Of a stretch of DNA of 64,000 nt, positions 1 through 12,500 are shown piece by piece. The position numbers were made by a program, and so were the translations under genes. The stretch is from assembly GCF_036971445.1 (NCBI RefSeq), contig NC_091471.1:240932001-240996000 (forward strand). Reading direction: 5' to 3'. Each line of letters opens with the position of its first letter. The first letter of the stretch is position 1. A model generated the notes under the pieces. It ran no database searches and was not told the origin of the DNA. It worked only from the letters and a program-made list of their open reading frames with translations. The stretch is from Narcine bancroftii. Its lineage: Eukaryota.

Positions 1-200
1 CTACAGCACCAGTGACCTGGGTTTGAATCCAGCACTGTCGAGAAGGAGTTTGTACATTCTCCCCATGTCTGCGTGAGTTTCCTCCAGGTGCTCCAGATAC
101 CTCCCACCTTTCATAAAAAGTTCAGGGGTTGTCGGTCAATTGGGGTATTTGGCTGGCCAGAAAGGCCTGTACCACACTGCATGTCTATATTTTAAAATGA
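1..200 (+). mobile_element. tRNA-derived SINE (HE1/V-SINE-like), cut by the window edge
   Basis: B-box-like ggtttgaatcc then core gagtttgtacattctccccatgtctgcgtgagtttcctcc. Confidence 0.75.
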
Positions 201-467
201 ATTAAGGAAGATAAGGAATGAGGGGGAGAGAGGTCGAGAGGTAATTTCACAAGCTCGCATACAGCTGTGGAGCCGAAAGTGAGTTAGCAGACTAATTGTT
301 TTAATTCTATTGAAAACTGACAATTAAGATTAAAATGACCTGCCAACTCACTAGACCAAAGAGAAGTGGTCTCAACAAAGAGAGCAGCTTAATCTCTTAT
401 TTAAAAGAGAAACAATAGGTTAATCAATAGGTTTGAGCAAACAGTGTCACTCTGGAAACTTACTTAC

Positions 468-598
468 TTTAACTATGCGTTCATGCATTCTTGCTTTCCG
501 GTCATTGCCTGCACTCTTAGCCTGGGCAGCAGCCGCTTTATATTTGTCCATCCTCTGTTGAAGAGCCTCCATAACATCTTTAGGAGGAGGGGGAACTG
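468..598 (-). CDS. cc2d1a: cc2d1a coding exon 10, DM14 repeat 3 (VPPPPKDVMEALQQRMDKYKAAAAQAKSAGNDRKARMHERIVK)
   Basis: cacag acceptor (NAGNAG), AAA|gtaagt donor, 131 nt. Confidence 0.92.
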
Positions 599-3500
599 CT
601 GTGGATAAGAAAATTAATAGAAGGAGGGTTAATCGCCATCTGGACAGGGCAGAATTTAAAGATCCCTGAAGTCAGGATACTTGACCAAGTATTACAGCAT
701 GGTATCGAATCCATGTAAGAGGTGCTTCAGGCAAATTCTGCCAATGGCACATCGGTCTGCCTTACAGCAGGCAAAAGTAATTTATGTAATAAGACACTGC
801 TGTATTACATGACAATAAATTAAATCTTGATCATGAGAGTAAAGCAACAAGCACCTGTCAACAATGTACAGTAAAACCCCTGTTATCTGGAATTCAAGCA
901 ATTGGTACCCTCAAGCAACTGGCATAAAAAAAAGAGGAAAATAAATAGGTTAAAAAAAATACACAAGTTTAAAATTGGTACGCCTTGCTATTAGTTCGCC
1001 AATCACAGAACCATTTAATCTCAAGCAACCAGAAAATACATTTATTTGGCATCCCCATAGATGTTGGATACCAGGGGTTTTATCGTAGTTTCACTGATCA
1101 GTCCCAGTGCAGGTGGTGGAAAGTACATACATCACATCCTACCCTGAGATTCTTTTACCCTGTGGGCTAAGCAGAATTTCTATTTATTGGTATTTCAAAA
1201 AACTGTACTCAAGTGAAATGTAAGCAAAGAAAAGTGCAAACAAACTGACCGTGCAATGCAGAAAATAAACATTCAGTCATAAATAATGTGGAAAGTAAGA
1301 GACCTTTGATTCAGCTTGTTGTTTGGTGGAGGATAGCAAATGAACCTGGTGATCCGAGTTTTGTGGCACCTATACCCCTTTCCTAATGGCACCATCAAGA
1401 AAAGAGAATGTCCTGGGTGCTGATGCACATATGTGCATAGACAAGTGGCCATTTGTACTGGAATTGCAGTGAGACTTGCACACAGTGCAAGAACCATTGA
1501 TGCATTCTGTAGATACCAGGTACAATGGAGGAATTATGGGTGCATAAGTGGAATGCTAGGACTATAACAATATTTCCAGTGATTATTAGGAATGGCAGTG
1601 CAGCAACAGCAAAACACCCAAGACTGTTACCAGGGGTAGGCATTGAAAAAAAAATCATCCCCAATTCCCTCATAGTGGCTCATACAGAAAAGCAAGACAA
1701 GAGAAGGATTACACCTGGTTGCCACAGCACGTGAAGAATTGCTCAAATGAATGAGAAGGTGCTGAGAGCAAAAAGAGCTCCTAAAGGGCCTCAGGTGCTG
1801 AAGGCTTCCTGATCACATCGGAGGTTTGAACTGGAGTCTCTGTTGCCACAGAGGCTGCGGGAGGGCTGGAGGAACATCCACGGACACTCAGTGTCTCTGA
1901 AGGGACTCTCTTTTGCTTCTCTTTCTCCTATTGCTAAGGGGCACCGGGCAATACTCATGGCGACTCCTGGTCTGCCTTATGGCAGGCAAAGGTTGAAGTG
2001 TAGGATGCCTCTTACATTTTAATGTATTATTACTTGAAAGCAACAGGAGCCTCTGAACCTGTGAATCTGGAATAGAAGGCCACCTGAACCTGCAGTCTGC
2101 TCCACCATTTAACAAGATCGTGCTTGATTCGACTGTAATCAACTCCACATTCCGGCCCTCTGCTTACAAAACATCTATCTGCCACTGCCTTAAAAATATT
2201 CCAAGGCTCTGCTACCACTGCCCTTTGATTAACAGCTCCAAAAAACTCAAATTCAGTGAGAAAAAAAAATGTCTCGTGTCCCAAAAGAGCAACCATTTTT
2301 TTTAAATAAAAATGAGCCCTAGATTTTCACACGTGGAAACATTCTCTCTATGCACGCTGTCAAACCCTCTTGTCAAGTAGACTCCCACTCTAAACTGCAG
2401 CATATACAAGCCTAACCTGTCCAACCTTGTTTTATCTGGATTCCTCCCCCCAGCCAGCACTATCTGAATTCTGAGATTTCCTGCTTCTGGTTCATTCTGC
2501 TTATTCTTTGAAGAAGAGCTCAGGCCTGGAATGTCAGCAATATATCTTTGTCTCTTATGGATGCTGAAAAGACCGGCTGAGTTCCTCCAGCATTTCAGTG
2601 TGTTTTTACTATAATCAGTGTCTGCAGATTTTTGTGTTTTACTTGTGACACAAGCTGCCCATTCCACTATTAATCTAGTTAACCTTCTCTGAACTGCTCC
2701 AAAGACATTATTAAATAAAGAGATGAATATTATGCACAGTACTTCCCATGTGGTCGCACAAATGCCCTGCAGAAATGAATTATAACTTCCATTTTCAATT
2801 CCCTTAACAATAAACAGTTACCTCTCCTAACTACTTGTAGTACCTCCAATGTACACCAGGATTGTTGGTAGAATAATAGACAGCAATGAGGAAATTTACA
2901 GGAGGAAGATAGATCAGCTAGCTGAGCGATGTCACAACCACCACCTTGCACAGTGTCAGCAAAACTAAGGAATTGATTACGAACTTCAGGAAGGGGAAAC
3001 CAGGAGAATACAGGAGGGGTCAGCAGTGGAGAGGGCAAGACGCTTCAAATTCCTGGGTGTCAACTTCTCCAAACATACTGGGGCCATCATGTCGATGCAA
3101 TCATGAAGAAGGCACATCAGTGGCTGTATTTTGTTAGGAGTTTGAGGACATTGGTATAGCTCCAAAGACTTGCAAATTTCAACAAATGTACTGTGGAGAG
3201 CATTCTGATTGGTTGCATCACTGTCTGGTATGGACAGGACAGGACCAGACGACAGAGGGTTGTAAACTCAGTCAGCACCATCATGAGCATTGGTCTTCAT
3301 TCCATTAAGGACATCCTCAAGAGGCGGTGCCTCAAGAAAGCAGCTTCCATCATCAAGGACCCTCACCACGCAAGCCATGCCCTTTTCTCATTGCTACCAT
3401 CGGGAAGGACATACAGGAGCCTGAAGACACACACTCAACGTAACAAAAACAGCTTCTTCCCCTCCATCATCAGATTTCTCTCTTTTTTCCATTTTTTTTA

Positions 3501-6500
3501 CACTGATTATTTGTTTTAAATCTTTTATTTACAACATTATAATTTAAAGTAATTTTGCTCTTTGTCCTGCACAATATTGCTGCTACAAAACAACAAATTC
3601 CATGACATGTTCATGACAATAAACCTGATTCTGACACTACCCCTTTGCCATTCATGTATGCAAGATCCCTTCATTTGTCAATGCTTCAATCACTTGCCAT
3701 TTTTTTATTTTCCTGTCAAAATAGGAAATTTCATAATTTCCTATGTAATCCTCTTTTTGCTATACTTTATCCTACTTACTCAGACCATCGACCTTTCTTT
3801 GAAGCCTTCTTGGGACCTCTTTGCAAATTACTCTTTTTCTTTTCTTTGGCTTGGCTTCGCAAACGAAGATTTATGGAGGGGTAAATGTCCACGTCAGCTG
3901 CAGGCTCGTTTGTGGCTGACAAGTCCGATGCGGGACAGGCAGACACGGTTGCAGTGGTTGCAGGGGAAAATTGGTGGGTTGGGGTTGGGTGTTGGGTTTT
4001 TCCTCCTTTGTCTTTTGCCAGTGAGGTGGGCTCTGCGGTCTTCTTCAAAGGAGGTTGCTACCCTAAATTACTCTACTAGCTATCTTTATGACACCAAAAA
4101 ATTTAAGATTCAGATTTATTGTCAGCATACAGACATAACTGAGGAGAGCGGAGGAACAAAGGGATCTTGGAATACAGATTCTTAATTCCCTGAAAATGGC
4201 ATAATAGGTAAACAGGGTTGTAAAGAAAGCTTTTGGCATCTTGGCCTTCATAAATCAAAGTGGTGGAACGAGCTGCCATCTGACATGCTAAATGTGGGCT
4301 TACTCTAAGTTTTAAGAATAAATTGGATAGATTCATGGGTAGGAGAGGTCTGGAGGGTTATGGAATGGGTCCAGGCCAGTGGGACTAGTGGAATGTTGTT
4401 TCAGCAGACTAGAGTGGCCCGAATGGCCTGTTTTCTGTGCTATAGTGTTCTATAAACAGCCCTAGCACGAGATCCCCATATCACTCTGCCCATTCCATAT
4501 TGCCAGCCATATATCTTCATGCTCTCTCACTTGGCATACGCACAATACTAAGATGCATATTCCCAAAAAAGTACTTTGAAAGAACAGAGAGAGAACTGGA
4601 AGAAAATCATCAGGATTATTCTGTACTAACAGAAAGATTCTCCAAAGGCATTCAAGACCTACCTGATGTAGTCACCGACTGTGCAGGAGAGGCTACTGGT
4701 ACTGAGAGAACAGGCACATTAGATGGAGGAAGGGTTGGTTGTTGGGCCTTTGGTATGCCATCTAGGAAAAAAAACACACCCAAAAAAATGGCAGCAGATA
4801 AATTAATTCTACATTTCTAAACTATTTCCTAAAATCAATACAATTCCATTCAGGCCCCAGATTAAACCCAGTTAAGAACTAACCCTAGTGTCACTTCACA
4901 AGGATTATGGATTCCTGTAATCAAAGCATAAAGATCCACTGAAACAGAGATGACCAATAAATGCATACCAAAAGGAGGCGGCAAGTCACTGAGATTCACA
5001 GTCTCTCCTCTGTCCAGTGCTTCAAGAATAGGATCAAATTTCTAGTTTGAACAGAAAAAACAAAATGGTGTTATAACTGCAAGGAGAATTTACATAATCT
5101 GGACAGATTCCAATGCACATGAAGTCAGTGGAAATAATCACACCATCACCTTTTTCTCTATGCTAAAATGTAGAAAGGATAGGAAAATATTCACTTCCTT
5201 CAAGCCTGTTCTCCATTCAATGTCAGGTCTACATCTACCATCTTAATCCATAAACCTCAACACCCTGCTCGATAAAAATCCAACTAACTTTGGTGAAAGT
5301 CCATCTTCTGAATTACTTCAGTACGATAGAACACTATAAGCACAGAAAATAGGCCATTCAACCCTGTATTGAAACATCATTCCGCTAGTCCCACAGACCT
5401 GCTCCCATTCCATAACCCTCCAGACCTCTTCCATCCATGTAGCAATCTAATTTTTTCTTAAAAATTAATGGTGACTTGTGGTCGAAGGACTCACACCAGG
5501 CTGCAGGCTATTGGGGACTGGCTGATGGGTATCAGATATTGGGACTGGGATTCATGAGTGAGCTGAGGGGGGGGTGGGGGGTGGCTGGAGGGCCTATCAT
5601 GCCAGAGATTTGGATCTGAAGTTCGGGTTGAACTAGTCTCTGTGCGGCTGCAGAGGCTGCGCTGGAGGTGAATCCATGGCCCCTCAGTGTCTCTGAAGCG
5701 TCTCTCTTTCTCCCGTTATTAGGGATGCCAGGCAATGCTCAAGGGGAGTCGTTTGCCTCATGGCAGACAAATATTGAAGTATATCATGTATTCATATGTT
5801 ATTACATGACAATAAAACAAACCTTGAACCTTTGGACGTTACTTTAGTGACAAGTTGGTTACATGAAAGTTATGGAAGCAAAACAGACTGACCAAATACA
5901 TTTAGTATCAGATCTATGCTACTAACAAGCAGATGTTCAAACAAATGTGGACAGTTACGCTCAATATGAAAAGAAGAGAAACTCAGCAGGTCAAATAGCG
6001 TCCTTTATATAGCAAAGATAAACATTATGTATCTTCATCTTTGCTACATACAGTACATTTTTTGACCTCTAGCATTTCTTTAGCATTGTGTTTTTTCTTC
6101 AATCACTGCTTCTGCAGACTTTCATATTTTACTACGCCCAGTACGTCTTTGGTTCCCTCACTGCCCTATTCAATATTTTAACATGAATCTCAACATCACT
6201 GAAAACTGAACACATATATTGGGAAATATATTATATCCCTCATTCCAATATACAATTTCATGCAACTCGTGTCTTGCTCAAATTGCTGTTGTTTAAAAAC
6301 TCAGTGATTAATATTGCTTAACCTCACCTTGCTTATTTGGTAGTATTTTATTGCAATCTCTGTGTCCCCATTGCGTTTGGCTTGCAGGGCAGCGAGCTTG
6401 TATTCTTTTTGTCTGCTCATTGCATTCTCTTTCATGCTGGAATTCATTGATACTAAATAAAATTGTAGGAACAGAGCTGAAAGTTTTTTCCAAGGTAATA

Positions 6501-9500
6501 GAATACAATCGCGCACATTGGTTCATGGAATGATAATACCTCACATTTATTCTGTGAAGCGCACTGTAACAGCTCTGGATCAAATCTCTTTAAACCTGTG
6601 CAGTTAATGAATGAAGAGAGATTTATACCCAAACAGTAAAATCAGCCAGTCACCTATGAAATCAGCCATTGACATTAGACACACAAAATCACAAATAATC
6701 AAAGCAATGTTTTAACAGTTAAATAATACAAAATCATTGGGTCTTAGTGTAGTATCCAAGGGCACATCTGTAAACAATCCAAATCCTTGTGCCACTGGGT
6801 GTTTGTCCTCAGTCTCCTGTACCTCCTTCCCGATTCAGTGAAATCAAATTTTCTGATCAACTTTCCGGAGTGGCATTTGAACTCAAGCTTCTAACTCAGG
6901 GGATGAACACTCAACACATAACCCAAACATAATTTTTTTTTAATAAAACCTTCAAGAAATGGAAACCTACTGACAGAATTCCAAACCTACCTGCTTTGTA
7001 ATTTGATGTAGGGATGGTTGCTTCTATTTTTGCAGGACCTGGCTGAGGAGGAAGAGCTTGGGGTACAGATATCTTTGGCTTGGGTAACAGAGGAGGAGCT
7101 GCAGGCTTGGCTGCTGGCACAGGACACTCCCTGGACTCAGAGACGTCCGTCGACGAAGACTGGTCCCTTGCTGTAGAATTTGAGATCTCCAAGGTAGATG
7201 GAGCTGTTGCGTTATTGTTTTTCCCAAAAGCCACAGCAGGTGGAATGTCTTCTTCATTGATCTGTTTCCCTTTCTTCACAGATGTAAGCATGGTTTGGAG
7301 GGTCTTTTTAAAAAAAGTAAATCAGTTATGAAAATGATGATTTTGCTTATTTGCCTTTTTCCACAATACAAGTAGCCATGACTATCAAAAGGGCACGAGG
7401 CTACTAATGGTGATGACTCTAGCCTCATTTCAGAACTTAAGGATAAAATAGGCTGACACAACCCCGAAAAAAGATTCTGAACCCAATATTCAACTAGCAT
7501 TGAGCCACAGATATAGATTAGGTCTATCAACTCTAATTGCACAGGTGCGTCAACTGACGCATTTCACCAAAAACAATTTTTTTTTTTTTTAAAACAACCT
7601 TAAGGCCACGTTCATATCTTCGCATTTTGGAGCTCTCGCCCGATCGTTTAGCATTGTCTATTGCACATCTGTACATCTCAATCCTCTCTGTCAGAGTACC
7701 TTCCAGTTCATCTGCAGGTGCTGTAGTGGACTGAAATTTAAAAAAAAAGCACACTTCATTAGTTAATGATGCGAGAGCAAAATACTATCAAACAATTGGT
7801 TCGTTTTAGATATCAAGAATATATACAGTACATTTCCCCAGATCTAAAAAGCTTGGTACCAGCCAGTTTTCTGTTATTAGGTTTTGTGGTTAACGGAACA
7901 ATGGGTTTGGAACAGCTCAGTAGCCTCAGCAGTGTACTTGTATCAGCAATTAAACAATGGCAGGCTTTTTGAGCATGAAATAATGTTTAATCTGTACCAT
8001 GAAACAACTTGATCTCTATTTACAAAGTAAGATAAATGGAGCATCAAACAAAATGGTGCCAACAGAGCCTATATGGGAAATTCTGGAGATTTTTTTTCAA
8101 CTTGTGACGCTGTATTGGCACCACAAAAACGTTCAATTAATGAATCATTTTGGTTACAGAACTTCGGATAAGGGGAAACGTACTGTGTTAACTTTTCCCA
8201 GGTCACTGCCAGGGCAAGAGATCCCTATACGGAACAAATGAAATAGGAGCAGTAACTAATTTCTTCAAACTGTGAGGAGTGAATAAGAAAGTCTGCAGAC
8301 GCTGTGATTGGAGTAAATCCACAAAAATACTCAAGAAATTCAGCAGGTCCCACAGCATCCATAGGAATCAGATATATAACCAGCATTTCGGATCTGAGCC
8401 TTGCATAAAGGTACAAGCAAAAAGCAGGGAGGCGCCTGAATAAAAAGGTAGGGGGGAAGGAGAGAAGGGGCAGGGGGAGGTGAAGAGGCCAACTACCACT
8501 CATCAGGGCAGCAGGAAGTGCAAATGAGAAGCAGTGAGCTGTTGGTCTGTTCTCCTATCCTGCCCATTCCTACTTCCTCTCCCTACCTTTTTATTCAGGC
8601 GACAGCCTGCTTTTTGTTCCTACCTTGACAAAACATTGGTAATATAGCTTTGCCTTCTATGGACGCTGCAGGACCAGCTGGGTTTCGCTAGCACTTTTGT
8701 GTATTTACTTCCCCCGAGCTATAACCACAGTTCTGTGGAGAACATAATCCCAAAGAGTTACATCCCTCGGAATTAGTTATTCCTCATCTCAGATTCAAAT
8801 GGCCAATTCTTTCCTCTTGACACAACTCACCAAGCAGCATTTTGCTGCAGGTATAGATTTACCATAACAGTCTGTCAACTGGTTCTAACCAGGTCGTACT
8901 ATGCACTGAAATCCTATTAAGAATGTTAACAGCTTTGTTTAAATCCAGTACAAATTGCTGGCAAGACGAAAAATCAAGATTCTGGCAACACTCTGGAGGT
9001 CAGAAAAAAGATTCAGTTAACACTTTAAGATCGGAGGACAACTATTAGCCCTAAAAGATCAAAATTGATTCCTGAAAATTAATCAGGACAGATACCCTAA
9101 AAATTAAATTTTACCATCAAATATGACACTAAGGCCTCCAATTTCACCATTCCGCCCAGAAGAGATGGTCACTGCAATATCCTAGGTTATGGACCGACAA
9201 TATAATGAACTGGAAGATTGGATTAGTACAATTACACAATGGTCAGCATGGATGTGCAGGGCTGAAGGGCCTGTTTCTGTGCTGAATGGCCTCATGACTC
9301 AAATATGGAGAGCACTCTGAAGCAATAAATGACTATTGTCCAAATGTAAGCAATTACCAGACTGCTACAGATTAGCAATTGCTTATTTGAAAAACCAATG
9401 TTTTCTCAAAGCTGACTTTATGGTTTCTGCTGAAGGTGGACACTGCGCCAAAGGCAACACTGGACATTGAAGATTTTGCTTCTTGAACACTTGTGGATTG

Positions 9501-12500
9501 TGGATTTTGGATTTTGGGCTGCTGATCACGAAATCACCATAAAACTTTCCTATCACATACCTTTTTTTTTTACATATAACCTATTATTGTGATTCCTGTC
9601 ATCTTTTTAACATGCTTTAAGCAGACAAAACTATGAACTGCAACATATCATTAAAAATTCTTTTTCTGCATTCGCACTTGGACGTCTTCCCTGCTGATCT
9701 TGGTACCGCCAGACAAACCTGGGGAAAAGTTTCACCGGGACACTGCGACCATGGCAAAGCGATATCAGGGGAACTGGAATCCATCAATGTTGGTCGATTA
9801 TTGTTGGACACTGACATGAGGGGCATCAGATGCTGAGTACAAACGAAAATCAGTGGCAAAATATTTTTAGGTCAGTATCATTTAGTGTCAGTATCATTAC
9901 GTGATTAAATTCCATCAAAATTAATTTAACTTTTCTCCGACATCCTACATGATACAGCAAATCTGAAATTATCTCTGTATTCAGCTTGAAGTTACCCATC
10001 ATAATCCCCAATTCAGGAAGCAAACCTTTTGAAAAAATATGTTGTCCAGCGCAATTTTATACTTGCTCCCCAAAACTAAATTTCTCTTTTTACACTCTAT
10101 TTCTTCTTGAATGTATTGTCTATTTTACAGTTCCACACAAAACTACGTTAATTTTATGCTTCTTTATGCTGGCCCTAATGCTTGGCATCCCTGAACAAGA
10201 ACAAGTTCTTGAATGAAAGATCCTAAATGGGGATTTTAGTATCCTCTTGAAACTCAGAGTTAAAACATAGAGATGCTGGTGAAACTCAGCCCGTCTCGCT
10301 GCGTACATAGGAGGTAATGAAATTGTATTCCGCCTGGGCACCCTCCAACCAGATGGCATCAACATTGAATCTGCCACCACCCACCCACCCAATCCTCTTT
10401 TCCATCTCCTCTCCTCCAGTTCCAACTCTCTCTCCTCTCCACCACCCTCTGTCACCCCTCAAAGACTGGCTGAGGTCCTCCAGCATCTCTGCGTTTTTAC
10501 TACATCACAGCATCTTTAGACTTTTGAGCTTTACTCTAAAAAAAAAATTAAGAGTTACACAGCATAGAAAAAAAGACCATCACCTGCTAACCTTCATGGA
10601 AATAATAACAGAAGCAAAACTTGGATACCGGTACTGTTCATTGCTAAATACACAATCCTTCAGAGGAGAGGCAGCAAATTAAGTTCCTGTCAATTGTAAT
10701 AAGTGCAATCTTAATGAATTTGTTTTGTTTTTAAACCCAAGAATGAAAATGAGATTTAATCTACCTGTGAAATTCTGTCAGGCGTAGTATTCTTCTCTGC
10801 ATGGGAAGTGACATTCACACTTGGTGTATCATCTTCAAGAACTTCATTCAATTCTGCCTAGAAAAGTAGTAACTTTAAAACAGTTCAGTATTATAAATAT
10901 TGGAAAAAAAACCAACAGTCAGAGTTTTAAGAAACAAAATGGATTTCAATCTGGCAGAAGGGCTTATTTCTGCCATTCGTTTGTATAGATAAATTATCAT
11001 TTGTTCAGAGAGATGTTAACCCAGTTGTACTGGAGTTCCTTTTCCTCCGACAGTAAACCTCCAATGGAAGTCAAAGTTGAACATTTTATTCCAGAAAACT
11101 AGAATGTTATTGTACTAAGATTTAGAAAATATAAAACTAGCTCTTTATTGAAAAACAAAGTCCCAAAACAATTCTAGCCAAGGAACTTATAGATTTATTT
11201 CTTAAACATGGTCATGCATTGTGTGAGATCTCCAAATCCCAATTTCTTCAGAGCATGAAGATGAAGAGAAACAACCTCTTATGCCCACAGAATGTTCCAG
11301 TCGGCCATAGAGTTAATGACAGCAGCTATGTAGAAAACAAGACGACCAATTTGTACAGAACAAGATCCCAAGAAACAAGGTGGCAGTCATTAGGCAATCT
11401 CTTATTTTCATAATTGAAGAAATACTGTTAGCCAGAACTCCAGAGGGCGATATGGAATCTGTTCTGTCTAATTTTACTTGGTCTGCCAAAAAGCAGCACT
11501 ATTTTTATGCTACACTAAAGTTACAATAAGTTGCTCTGGTCGGTGGTTAGATATAAGGCCTTAAAACTGTTCTTTGGCTGTCTCACCAGTGGCAATTCCC
11601 AGATGTTAAATTAAAACTAAGACAAGATAGAGAAAACAAATGCGTCTGAAAAGTATGATGACATACAGAGGGAGAGCAAGTAATGGCATGTGTTAGACAC
11701 ATTGGGTAGCACACAACATACATCCCTGTAATTGTGTGCCACAAGAGAATGTAATGTTAATTATGGTTAATACATTGCCCCTAACCTTTTGTACCACATA
11801 ATAAAAATGAGCTCTTCACCATAAGCATGTTGATAACATGTGGAAAATATGTTGTAGCACAAAAAGGTTGGGCCGTAATACCCCTGAATATTTTAAATAT
11901 TTTAGTCTTTACACAATCAAACTAATAAATTATTCATCAGCACTTGCTTTCTTAAATCACTAAAGTATTGAAAGCCGTTGGTGACTCGAGGCGAGGAACC
12001 CACAGACTGTGAGTGAATTGCAGTCAATGGGCTCACACTGGCTCGAGACTAACTGAAGGGGTACCAGGTATAGGAACTGAGATGCGAGAGGGAGTCAAGG
12101 GCCTAGGGCGCAGAGACCATCCTGATCATTTCAAAGGTTTGGATCTGGGGCTCAGGCGGCCGATGGATCGAACAGGAATCTGTGCAGCTACAGAGGCTGT
12201 GGGAGCGCTGGAGAAGAATCCACAGACATTCAGTGACTCTGAAGGGACTCTCCTTTGCTTTTTCTTCTTTGACTATAAGGGGCAGCAGGCAATTTCTGTT
12301 AATGGCAAACCTTTGTCTGCCTTAAGGTAGAATAAATGGAATTTCAAGTCATCACCTTTCTGTCGTTCATACCATGCATTGCATGGTAAAGACGAGATAG
12401 TTTTTCCACAGAGCAGATTTTCATAAATACAAGTTAAAACAGAAGTTAAAATATTAAGACATATACAGTAAAAGTCCACAGTATACTATCCACATATGGG

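Noticed and set aside
9358-9530. Extra cc2d1a exon ending at a gtaatt donor
   Set aside because: The frame I traced hits a stop, the region overlaps the transposon end, and exons 4 and 5 already join in frame.
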